Shown in pieces: positions 14,001-26,149 of a stretch of 64,000 nucleotides of DNA; the first letter of the stretch is position 1; every line of letters begins with the position of its first letter. A program made the translations under genes and the position numbers. Source of the DNA: Lingula anatina (lineage: Eukaryota; Animalia; Brachiopoda); NCBI GenBank assembly GCA_051362555.1, contig CM120640.1:26026225-26090224 (forward strand). Reading direction: 5' to 3'. The notes under the pieces were generated by a model. It searched no databases and was not told the DNA's origin. It saw only the letters and a program-made list of their open reading frames with translations.

Positions 14001-17000
14001 CTGCGTCCAAGTCTTCTGTGTTGTCTCCTTCGTTATCAACTCACCATAAACTTTCTCGCTGTAAAACTACTGATTCAAAGAAACATAAAAAGAAGGTGGG
14101 TGAGGATATATCATATCACGTTGAGAAGCTCCTGCATTCCAGAGAATTATAATCTGTTTTTTTGGGTATTGGATTTAGTGTGGTTAGGGAGTTGGTTGAT
14201 CTTGTTGGTTTGAATTACAGCATCCCCTCTGTTATTTATTGTCAGTTTTCACATAACTTTTTTTCCTTTCTTTTTCCTCATCTGGTATCTTGTACATGTG
14301 CTGTCTTCTTTACTGTACCTGGTTGTTACTTATTCTCCTTCATATGTCTGTATTAATCCTGTAGTTTTTAGTTTAATTCCTTGTCAATGTGGGAGCTTCT
14401 CAACTGATGTGTCCCTCCACAGCAGTAATATTTATTGCTAGTTGAAAGTGGAAACGGAGAAATATTTGCATTCAATTGTTGTTGATGTCAGTTTCCAGAA
14501 AAAAAATGTTTCAAAATTATCAAAGTTTTTGTCTTGCATGCTTATGAAGATGATGTATGTAGCAAGATATTTTTATATGGTATGTAAAGATTTAATTGGA
14601 TTCTGCATGGGTTCTACACTTAGCTTTACACTGTAAGTAGATTTTCTGTAATGTTGACTACACTGTGGATTTACAACTTGTAACATGTTTTGCCTCTTAT
14701 TCTAGTTAAGAAAAGGTACAAGCAGCCCAAAATACAAGAAGATAAGGCATAGTAAGTGATTTATATTTACATTCCTTTACATTTAGTCCAAATTAATGTT
14801 ATGATGCAGGGTGACATGCAAGTGTTAATCAATGCAAAAACCTATATATGTTTTTCAATACGCTTAAGCTGTGGTAACGATGTATTTTTCATGAACAAGT
14901 TTGTTTGAAGAGTGATTGTGCTGGTAAGCTGACAAATTATTTACATAAACATGTCGAAAATTACACAGCTTGTGATATGGTAGAAATATATGGCAAATAT
15001 TGTTCATTGCTTCTCTTGAAAAGGTAATTTGTTGTGGCTTATTTGATTAAAAAATGTATAGCATATGGCCTTTTTTTTCTTTTTTTCAAACAACTTTTGT
15101 GTGTATTCCAACCGTTAGTGTACAGGACTTTTTTCCATAACATTTAAGTCAAGAGGTTGACTGTACATGTGCCAGTTGTATAAAAAAAAATATAAAAAAA
15201 TCTCCAGCAAGTATTTATTTTTCCTATGATCGCTATTCAGATGTGTATGTGGATGCTAAACCCATGTGTGACTATGAGCCCCATCCCTGTAACTGTGAGA
15301 GGCCTGCAGACAGGCGTGGCTGCGGGGAGGAATGCCTCAATAGAATGGTGTACACTGAGTGTGCGCCCGGTTCCTGCCCGTGTGCCGACTTCTGTCAGAA
15401 CCAGAGGATTCAGAGGCGAGAGTGGCTGGACTGCCTGGAAAAGTACCAGACTGGGGACAGGGGGTATGGAGTGAGGACCAAGGCCCATATTAAAACAGGT
15501 AAAGATGGACTGCTACAGTTGTGAGGTTGTGAATCTCATCTGTGCCATTTAGAAAAAAATGCTTTTTTATTAGATCAGATCAAATGTGTCAAAGCTCATA
15601 AAATATTAATGATTTTCTGGTGAAGAATATTGATATAGTCTCACCTGTCCTATCATTAAGCAATTTGGCTATATGATGCAAATTAAATGTTTTTGTGATA
15701 TACTACATAGTAATCACCATCCCCTTTTAACTTCTTTGTTACTGTAGGCAGTTTCATATTGGAGTATGTTGGCGAAGTTGTGAGCGAGCACGAGTTCAGA
15801 CGCCGTATGATGGAGACCTACAGTCATGACTTCCACCATTATTGCCTGAACCTGGACAGTGGGACGGTCATTGATGGCTACCGGATGGGCAACATTGGCA
15901 GATTTGTCAACCATTCCTGCCAGCCGAACTGTGAGATGCAGAAGTGGAATGTGAATGGAGTGTACAGGATTGGGCTGTTTGCATTGAAGGATATTCCAGC
16001 AGATACTGAGCTCACTTATGATTACAACTTCCATGCTTTTAATATGGATTCACAGGTAAATCATGTTCAGTTCTTGTTTTAGAGGCACAAATAATGGTCC
16101 CAATCCTGTTAAAATAATTGTATTATAATCATGGGGGTAATTTTGATATAAATTGCATTTTGGGGGAGAGTTATTTTTTGTAAAGTTGAGATGAGGTACA
16201 AAAATGAATAAAGTGAATCTGTTTACATTTTCAGCAAATCTGCAAGTGTGGTAGCACCAAGTGTCGAGGCATTATGGGTGGAAAGACTCAAAGGTTGAAT
16301 GGTCAGATTAGGGATAAGACCAATACATCAAGACCAGTAGGAAGACCACCTAAGGACAAGAGGAAGTCAAAATCTAAGCTCAAGAAATATAAAGATAAGG
16401 TAGATAAAGTATACAAAGTCTGAAATAAGTTTTGTTGTGAAAACAATTGTTTAATCATTAAATACCTGTTACAGCTTTTCTCTGTTTTACTTGCTGTCAG
16501 AAATGTGTTTGGACCCAAGCTGTAATTTCTAATTAAACTATAATTGACATTTTGCCAGAAACATGACAACAACCACAAGAACACGCCCATCAAGCCGATG
16601 TCCCACAGAGAGCGCACCTTTGCCCAGAAGCATCGCATTTTCTTGCTGAGAAACATTGAGAAAGTGAAGCAGTTAAGGCACAGACAAAACCATCAAGATG
16701 TGACCAGCCGCCAGAAACAAAACTACATTACCCATACTCCTTTCTCAAAAACTGGTAAGTAATCTGAATTCAGATCAGATTTATATTTCAATTGTGTAGA
16801 TTTTATGTTAATAATACAGCATTGTTTATGTAAGATATTCACTTATTATATGTCTGTAAAATTAATTGTTTTCTTCATTGCTGTTGTAGATGTTTTCATG
16901 ACACAGTTTACTGCCTTGAACACTGCCAGATCTGTCAAAACCAGGTGAGGTTATTCTTCCAAATGTCCCATAAAAGAAATATTAAGATGTTTCATTGAAG

Positions 17001-20000
17001 ATAATTCATCATCTTTCATGGTTGTGTCATTAAATTATAAGGTGTAAGTTGGTAAGAATAGTTTTTGTCAAAGTAGGTAGTGTGATCTTTTTTTAAATGT
17101 TGCTGAGAACAGTACTGTTTTACATCATGCTGCTGATTTTAGGCGCCTGACACTTGCTGAAGAGAACAGTGAAGTGACACGAGCTGCCAGATTGGCCCAG
17201 GTCTTCAAAGACATCTGCACTGCTGTCACTTCATGTAAAGGTGTGTAGAGTGATGCCAAAGTGCCACTTTAAGGTTAAAGGTCCTTCAGGTTGCTTACAC
17301 AGTGACAGGTTGTTATGTCAAGTTAATAGACTGGTGTTAATACATATTTCATTCTTGACAGCTTGGTTCCTCCGATCCTGTTTAATGCATAAGATATGTA
17401 AGAAATTGACATCTATGGATATTTGTAGAGAACTCGCAAATGTGAGTAATCATGCATATAATGCCTCAACCATTTCCTGCAACCGATTGTATGCATATTT
17501 CAGATGAAGATGGCAATATACTGGCAACTCCTTTGATGTCCTTACCATCAAAGAAAAAGTAAGTCAGCTTTTTTCCAATTAGTTGCTTTCGTTTAATTTG
17601 CAACAGAGATATGACAGGTTTCCAATTATTTCATTAAGTCACAAGCCTTGTATGAGGAAGAAATTGAATTCGTTATCTTGGTGATATTAGACTTAATTGT
17701 CTTTTGTTTCAATTTAAGCCTGTGGTTTTGCAGATACCCAGAGTACTACGAGATGATAGAGGACAGAATAGACCTCAGCACCATCCAGAATAACATCTTT
17801 ACTGGTCGCTATGAAACAGTGGATGCCTTTGATGCCGACTTCCTGAAACTATTTCGAAATGTTGAGGTACATAATTTATTTGCTATTTCAGAGTTACAAA
17901 ATAGCAGGTTTTTGGGACTTCCCTGTTGTGTAAGGTTAACCAGACAAAATAGGACAGTATTAATCATGCTGATACAAGGTTAAGACTCTTAACCACAAGC
18001 TACTTTGTGGTTTTGGGGACTTGAAGATATTGCTTGTTGAAATGGTATTTGTGGTCAGATCTCTCTCAGGTTAAGTACCTTGTCTGGAGGGTCTTTGACT
18101 TTTGGTTTTGTTACTCTGCCCCTGTGCCATGCCTATAGAAATATCAATTGGTCTGTTTTTTTTTTTTTTTTATGTACCTTTAAGCTGTTATAAACCAGTA
18201 ACTGGTTTCAAAAGGAATTCTGATTTTTTTTTTTCATTCTGTGCCTAAATTAGCATTTTTTTCAACCTGCGTGACAAAAACTAAAAAAGTTTTAAGAATG
18301 AAACTGTAGTTCAAAAGGTAGAGCTCTCACCTGAGACAAGATACAATAAACAATATATTTATTCTGTTTCAGAAATACTGTGGACGAAAGTCGGAGATGG
18401 GTCGCCTGGTATTGCGTCTGAGGAAGGTGTACTGTGCGGCCAAGGCAGATGCACAGACACTGTTTGAGGAGATTCTGGGTGAGAACATTCCACACACCAC
18501 TTCTGAGACCGAGTCTACTGATACAGGGGAGGGTGAGTGGCAACATTCAGTATTTTTAGTTAGTAGTTATATATATGGAGGCTGTAATCAGGAGTGAATA
18601 ATTATTGTTCTAATAGCATGAGGTAATAAGAGGTTAAGAGACCCTCTAACTATACTAGTTATGATGATGCAAGTGTTGTTATGAGGCATGTTTTTTGTAA
18701 AAGAAATCCAAACTCTTATCACACTAACTTTTGTTGGCTTTGAGAAATTTTGACAGAAAAGTTCTGTACCCTGTTGCTTGCTGTATATGATATTGTATCT
18801 CCATAAGGTAATGTTTATATTAGCTTCTTATATTGCGTATTGATAAAGTTAGTCATGAAGTCCTGTTTCCTAGCAGGTGGCAGTGAGAAATCACCTGAGG
18901 AGGAGGAGAAAGAGGAGGATGCTCCTGAGGAGGAGGAGGAAGAGATCATTAGGTGTATATGTAACATCTACAGAGATGAGGGTTTGATGATACAGTGTGA
19001 GAAGTGCATGGTAAATTTTCAGTTATTCTGTTAATATAATATATTAATAAAGTTACTGCTTTTTTATGCTAGAGAAAAAAGTTTGAAACCCTACGTAAAT
19101 CTTCTTAAGATTATTACAAAATTAATGTTATGTATATGAATTGTCTATCATGCAAAAAGAAATTCTGAAGTAGCACGGGGAGGAAGATAATTATACACTT
19201 TTCATAAAAACTGGCACATGTTTCATTTCCAGATCTGGCAGCATTGTGATTGTGTTGGCATTGATGGAAATGTGGAGAACTATCTTTGTGAGCGTTGTGA
19301 TCCCAGAGTCATCAATCCAGTGAGTGTAGAAGTATTTTTATTGTCATAATGTTGTGATAAACATTGCATATATTTGACAAGATAACATGATGCAACCAAA
19401 ATGATACACCAAAATTTAAATAAAACTGTTTATTAGAATATTGTTCATTATTAAAGAGAAGACCTTGATAGACAGGCATTAGGTGATAGTATTACTATAA
19501 CCATAACTATTACTTAGCTTAGTTTTGTTAAGCAACACTGAATTTATAGTTTGTTTGCTAATATTTAGGTGACTGTCAGTTCACTTTCATCTGGTAAAAA
19601 ATCTTAACTTCATAATGCCAACTTTAAGGTAACCCCACGGTAAACCTCTCTGAATTGTTTCAGGAAGTGTACCAGATCCCCCAGCCCCATGATGGTCTGC
19701 AAGGCTGTAAGTACTACATGACACTGATGAGAGATGACCTACAGATCAGGGTGGGGGACTGTGTGTATATCACCAGAGAGAATCCTCAGCGCCGCAGTGA
19801 TGGTCTGCCGGTACGCATGTCATACAGGCTGCTCTCCAACACTAACCCGGATGATATGGAAATATTCCGCATTGAAAGGCTCTGGATCAGTGAGAAGTAA
19901 GTGTGCACTTGTATCACAGAATCTGCAGGGATTGGGGCTCTTAGGTGAAAGGAAGACTGATATTTGAATTGTTTGAGTATTTCAAAGAAATCTTCCAAGT

Positions 20001-21693
20001 TGTGCTTGTTTGTATCTTTGTTGCAAGCATGTTATTTACAAATTTTGGTTTTTGTTTTTCAGGGGTGAGAAATTTGCGTATGGTCACTACTACTGCCGTC
20101 CACATGAAACATTCCATGAACCCACTCGGAAATTCTTTCAAAATGAGGTAAATTTTTACAATAAGGATGAATGTCTTGATAAAAATCCCATATTTAGAAT
20201 TTCTTCATATGCTGTCTTAACTTCTACTTAACCCAAGCATTTTAAATCGAATTATGAAATTGAGCATAGTTTTAAAGGGATGTAATTGTGTCACCAGGTG
20301 TTCCGTCTCCCTCTCTATGACATCATTCCCCTGGAGTGTATAGTGGGGCAGTGCTGGGTGCTGGATCTCAATGTCTACTGTAAGGGACGCCCATTCGGCT
20401 GCAGGGAGCAGGATGTCTACATATGTGAATACAGGCTGGACAAGACTGCACACCTCTTCTACAAGATTTCCAGGACAAAGTAAGTCTTCAACATGGATGA
20501 TAATCCAGACCATAATTTTTCTGAAATAATTTTCTTTTATGAGTTGTATAGGTTTGGAGAGTAAACTTTTTAAACAATTATTATGGCAGAAATATGTGAA
20601 GTAGTCTCATCATGTATTTTGCATATTAAGTCCTACTATTTGTTGAATTTGAATTTATTAAATATATATCATTCTTGTAGAGTTATCTTTATGTTGGGTA
20701 AGTAGCAATGTACATTGTAAATTGTTTTTTGTTGCAGATTTCCAGTAAACACAAAGTCATATTGTTTTAAAACATTTGAGAAGAAACTGCAGCCCAAAAG
20801 AACATTCTCAGTAAGTGAACAGATTGTTGTTGTGTAGAAAGAAATACCATATTATGTCTTTTGGTTGCTTGATTTGCTGTAAGACAAGTTCAGTTCTGTT
20901 CTGTTAACAAGAGTTCATTTTAATTCAATCAGAATTATTTTAGTGCTGAAACATCAAACCTACTTGCTGTTCAGAAATACTTCAAAATATCTGATTTTCC
21001 CTGCATACCCATTGTTACGGCTCTCTCTCTCCCTCTGTAGCCCCATGATGTTCCTGATGTGTACAAGAGAAGGAGCCCAGCAGAACATCACTCCTCAGAC
21101 CTGAACACCAGGATGAGGCAGGAGACAGAGGAACTAAACGGTAAACCTGACCTTGACCCCTGTAACACAGAGGATGAGAGTGACTCTGAGAGTGTGCCAC
21201 TGGCAAAGGTGAAACAAGATGAGGTTGGTCGATAATTCCATTCACCTACTAACACACAGTTGTAAAGCTAAAATGCATTTTGTCATGAAATTTCAGAAAC
21301 TCCCAATATCAGGTTTATATTTTGTGTTATATAAATTTACTGTGACTGTTTTGAAGTTGGGAATGAATGCAACTTACGTGGTTTTGAGTTTAATTTTTTG
21401 AGCAAGATAATATCAAAAAAAAAGTTTTAAGGGTCTGCTGAATTTTTTTTTTTTTTTTTTTTTTTTTTTTGTATAAACATTGACATTTTTACATCTACTT
21501 TTTCAATCTATATTTCAATATGTATATATATGCATATGCTGTATTTCAGATAAACAAGAAGAAGACCAGGTTGAATGCATACTTGATTAAACTGTTGGGT
21601 TCTATTCCTGGTAAGCAGAAGATTGACATCACTTACTTACTGGATGAGGGTTGTGGAAAGAGAGCCAGAAAGAAGTCTCTACATGCTTTTTAA
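5142..21693 (+). CDS. ASH1L: Histone-lysine N-methyltransferase ASH1L (AT-hooks, AWS-SET-postSET, bromodomain, PHD, BAH); about 2579 aa in window; N-terminus may be incomplete
   Basis: Hand-built GT-AG exons with consistent phases: 5142-8007, 10466-12473, 12855-12956, 13789-13954, 14706-14751, 15241-15498, 15748-16055, 16235-16399, 16559-16754, 16890-16944, 17143-17240, 17504-17558, 17734-17866, 18373-18532, 18874-19010, 19233-19319, 19664-19896, 20063-20147, 20298-20479, 20738-20810, 21041-21223, 21550-21693 (TAA). Motifs recalled from ASH1L: [39 protein letters not shown], post-[65 protein letters not shown]-terminal [16 protein letters not shown]. First in-frame ATG is at 5193. Confidence 0.96.
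10466..12473 (+). CDS. ASH1L: ASH1L second large exon (Ser/Arg/Lys-rich, two AT-hooks)
   Basis: 660-aa ORF; acceptor ttccag| (10465) and donor cag|gtattt (12473); phases match both neighbouring exons. Confidence 0.88.
13126..13204. repeat. Inverted repeat (20-bp arms, 18/20) in an ASH1L intron; possible MITE relic
   Basis: ccagaccagtttcagtaaac (13126-13145) pairs with gtttactgaaattgttctgg (13185-13204). Confidence 0.6.
15241..16399 (+). CDS. ASH1L: ASH1L AWS-SET-postSET catalytic region (exons 15241-15498, 15748-16055, 16235-16399)
   Basis: [25 protein letters not shown]; EYVGEV; NHSCQPNC; ELTYDYNF; [10 protein letters not shown]. Confidence 0.97.
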
Positions 21694-24350
21694 GTGTTCC
21701 ACAAGATATAGAAAATATAACATGGAAGTTCTGGGATCTGCAGCAAACTTGTGTATCTGAAAGCAATTCAATGAAAATATAGATCAATATTGGCAGGTTT
21801 GGTGGATTTTTAAGCACTCCTTGTGCTTAGACTGTGGAGCTTGGAAGAAGTGTGCAGAATTTGGAGTAGTTCTGTAGACCATCTACATGGAGGAAAAACA
21901 GCAACTGAAATTTTATCCTAAGGAAAGGTGTAAAATACGGATAAAGCACTATTGGCCAACTTTGCCTTGTGAAAATTCTTGCACACTTTCACCTCAAGAG
22001 CCACAGAACTTGGGAGTGGGTGTGTCAAGTATTTGTATTTAGCCACAATCATGAAATGGTTTTTCTTATCTAAATTATGACCATGTGATCTGCAGATTAT
22101 ACTGTATCAAACAACATCATTAACAGGAGAAAGGTTAAATCCACAAAGGGAATCATGACCTACATTGTATGCAAAATGAAAAAAGATAGGCAGCTTAAAC
22201 AGAAATACACCAACAACAGGAGCAAACTTTGTTTTTTTCTGAATGCAGATGAAATAAGTATTTGGAGGGAAGTAAACTTGAAAATTTTGCATTTTAGGCA
22301 GCTACTCTCTTAATATGTGACTTGTGCTCATGCATTTACTGCAAGGTGGATATATTTTGATTTTTACCCAAACTTATACTTGCAACAATATTTCAAAACA
22401 TGCTTAACTGAAGCTTGAACATAGCAGGTAATGTTAAGGCATAGAAAACTTCTTATCTTAAATATACGGAATGGCTTCTGACATGCTCTGCTGTTACAGA
22501 CATTAGCAATTGGTGCTACTGATGCAGGGCTAAATTATTGTTCTACATGTATTATTATATATTGACATACATATATATATATATATCCAGTTTTTAACAA
22601 AATCAGCCTATTTGGAATAATTATTTGGATATCATTATTTGCCTTTATGAATGAAAGGCATCTTTTGTCAAATACAGGTACTTTTTAATCAACCCAATGG
22701 TATGAAAAATATTTTATTTTTTATCTGAAGGTCACAAATGTCAACAGGTAATGTGTTGAGAGTCCTCCGGGCATTCATGTCCATTGTATATGTATTGTTT
22801 GTGGTTAAATTGATATGGAACATATCCTGTTAATGTAATTTGTTTTCTTTTTCTTCTATGTTTAGAGTATATGATACTCTAGGTTTCAAAAATCTGTACA
22901 TACATTGTAAATGTGTAGTAATCTAGCCGGTGATAATTGCCAATTTTAGGTATGTATACACTTATTCATGAAAATGGGTCAAAAGTAGATTTTAGTCATA
23001 TTTATTTTTCATGAACTTATTTTTATGCCAGTGCAAGATGTATTTTATGAGCACAGTTGAATTGTGTAGAGAACAGATTGTGTAATAGATTGTGATCCTT
23101 TTAAACCAAGTCAACTGTTGCTGTGTGCTGCAGCTAAGGTGCATTTAGTCTACTATATAGTGCTTCCTGCACATGGTCTTTAGAAATGTATTCTTACCAG
23201 AATGTATTTATGTCTTAAGGATCTGTGAAACAGTAAAAAGATTATTTGTGGGTGGTATAGAAAGATTAAGTAACACTACAATCTACAGGAGATCTTTTAA
23301 TTTATTGTTTGTCTTAAAAAGATTTCATCTCCCACTTAAAGCAAATCATGCCAGACAATGAGCCAGTTATGCAATAATTGAGCCGGGCAGGAATGTGACA
23401 GTGGGGAGAAGCAGCACAAATGTTGACAGTCGGAAAACACTGTCAGATATGTATATTTGTTTTTTTGAAGTGTAAATATCTTGTGAACATTTTATGAATG
23501 GATTCCTGTTACAACAGGTGTGTAATGTTGGAAAATAACATATCATTAAAGTAAATATTGTTTGAAATATTTGTTTGTTGTTTTTAAGTAAATCATACTC
23601 TGGTTTTTTATTGCATAAACAGCACATTTATCCATTTAATGGAATTGTTAAAATTCCTGAAATACTAGAGTGAGTCTAAACCGGTCATTGAATAATAACC
23701 AGAAGATTAACACCTTTTGTTTCTCAGCATTCTACTCCCCCAATTTCGATTTATTATAGCTGTGTCCCCGTTAAAACTAAAATATCAATTTTGTTTCCCC
23801 ATTTTCAAATAAGATATTTAAAAATTATGAAATGGAAATGTATCTGGAATACCCACTGCTGATAACAGTTGACAATAGGATGAGACAAGTTCTTTATTGT
23901 AGTACCAAAAAGAACAAATCAATCATTTGTTTGATGAAAATAATGTGGCCGCTACTGACTGAGGGTGTACAATTAAATTCCTTTATCAGTCTTATTTGTT
24001 AATCTGGTCCTAATTCTTTGCCACGTAGCCAAGATGAACCATGTTGTGTGACTCTCTACAAGAGGAAAACATGGTGCAAAAATAGCTTGGATGAGCAATA
24101 GAGTACATACCTAAACTTAATGTTTTTAATCTAAATTATCAACATTTCCTGGGTGAAGAAAGGGGTACGTTGTTGACATGGGTAAGGTAAAATTTGAATA
24201 TGCTTTTATAAAACTTATTTCAAATAGTGCCAGTGTGCGGGACTGGTTCTTCTAATCGCAGATGAAAGTTAAAACAAATGAATTCCTTGCACTTGTTGCA
24301 CTTGAAGTTGCACTTGTTTTCAGTGTCAAATAAAATTTTACAAACATTCT
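21694..24350 (+). other. Probable ASH1L 3' UTR (about 2.6 kb)
   Basis: AT-rich, non-coding stretch after the stop codon, ending at AATAAA 24329-24334 just before the NCAPG promoter. The end position is inferred. Confidence 0.5.
24329..24334 (+). terminator. Candidate polyadenylation signal of ASH1L
   Basis: AATAAA followed by T-rich sequence, immediately upstream of the next promoter. Confidence 0.5.
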
Positions 24351-24594
24351 TTATTATGTCACTAAACATTTAAAGAAATTTGGCAAGTTAGTGGAGTTAT
24401 TGAGACCCCAGTGCCCACTCTTCGTCCATTTTACAGCAATTTTTTCGCTATAAAGGGCAGATCTTATACATAACGTTAACGTTAGAAGAGGGAGGGAGAA
24501 ATGTTTTCTGCAGATGGCCCTCAGTCTACAAACAAGTTTTGTATGGTGGTGACACCTTTTGAGTAAGGAGTAAACTACATCTCGTAATATACCG

Positions 24595-24654
24595 CTTTAG
24601 ATCACGTGATCAAGCTTTCAAAAGCAGCGGCATAAATTTGAACCAAGCCTACAG
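24595..24654 (+). promoter_or_regulatory. NCAPG core promoter and non-coding first exon with E-box and CHR-like elements
   Basis: ATCACGTGAT palindrome (24601-24610), TTCAAA (24617-24622), GCGGC, TTTGAA (24637-24642), then donor cag|gtatgt at 24654/24655. Locally more CpG than the flanks. Matching acceptor tgcag| at 25305 lies 13 nt before ATG 25319. Confidence 0.6.
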
Positions 24655-25318
24655 GTATGTGGTATCCAAATATGCATTTCTTAAACAATCATGCCAATTT
24701 TCGATAAAGTAAGCATTCACGTAGAAGAATTAAATGTCTGAACACCCCTTAACTGCTTGGCAAAGAGAGACTGATGGGTTTGGACGTTAAAAAATGGGTC
24801 CTGCTTTGGTAGGTTTCACTAGGTGGCAGTGCTTGCTCCGTTGAGACCGTGTCGTTCTCAGACACTGAAAGTGTGTCTTATAATATTTCCGCGACAGCTC
24901 AATTTATATAGATAATATAAACGGCAACTTAAAGTCGACAAGATATATTATATGTAAAAAAGATGTTTTAATATGTATACTTATTAGTTAAAAACAACTA
25001 GCATTTCCGTACTAAGTCTAAGGAAACATGTACATGTAATAATGTAGACTGAACCAAAACTTATTAGCCCACTGGCATTGTAAAAACGAGAAAACATGAT
25101 CCAAGAACTTACAGCTAGGCTCTAAGTTTTACTGTGCTTGCAAGTTCTATTTTATTGGCACCAGTGGCAGTACTACTGTAATAGCAGACAAATGATCCAT
25201 TGTGAGGGTGGCATTGTAATGTAATGGAAGTTATGATATTACAGAAAAACCTTTGCAGCACTGATGACGATAAGGTCAAATTTATTTATTTTCTTATTCA
25301 TGCAGTTTAAGATAGAAG

Positions 25319-26117
25319 ATGGCTCCACAGCTATCACTAAAAGAAGTGTTTACAGAATGCCAGCGTGGACTGCAAAGCCATGGAAAACTTATCAAGATGC
25401 TGAAAAATATTTATGATAAGGTTTGTGCTATCCAGTCTTTATTTCTCAGAATGGCCTTTTTTTTAAAGTGATAGCATTAATACCAAAAGAAGCAAAATTT
25501 AGCATAAGTAGTGGTGTTTTAGTTATTTATTTAAAAAAGTCTGTTGTATTTGAAACAAATTACATATTATTATTATTATACACAATTTATCTTCGTTAAA
25601 AATATGTTAATAGAGTCTTTTTTCTGTATATGAGCCATGATGCCTTGAGTCATCATTGACAAGTCAGCCATGTGATAAAAGCCCTTTGATGAAGGGTCGA
25701 CAGTCATGCTTTAAATGAAGGATGTATACTAATTTGCCATCAAAACATGATGAAAAACTATAATTCATTTGATTTGTTGTTTCATTTTGTCTTTGTCTTT
25801 TTTCAGACTGATCTAGAAGAATTCTGGCTCGACTTCGTTCACCACCTCAAGTTCTCTATGGTGGTTTTTAAGAGGGAACCTGCTGTTGAAAGAACATTGG
25901 ACTTTGCGGTGAAATTTGCCACGTCCCTAAATGAAGAAGAGAAAAACACAAATAAAGAAGAACAAACACAGACAGAGGAAGTTACTGATGATGAAGTCTC
26001 TGAGAACAACTTCCTGTTGAAGATGTTTGATTTCCTTCTACAGGTTGGTAAATATGTAATCGCTATTGTCTTGATATACACCAGGATGAGAAAGTATTTG
26101 ATGTCAGTTTTTTTGTT

Positions 26118-26149
<32 letters not shown>

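Noticed and set aside
24287-24318. TTGCACTTGT as a miR-92 gene
   Set aside because: Only about 10 nt match the recalled mature miR-92; the 3' half and a precursor hairpin are missing.
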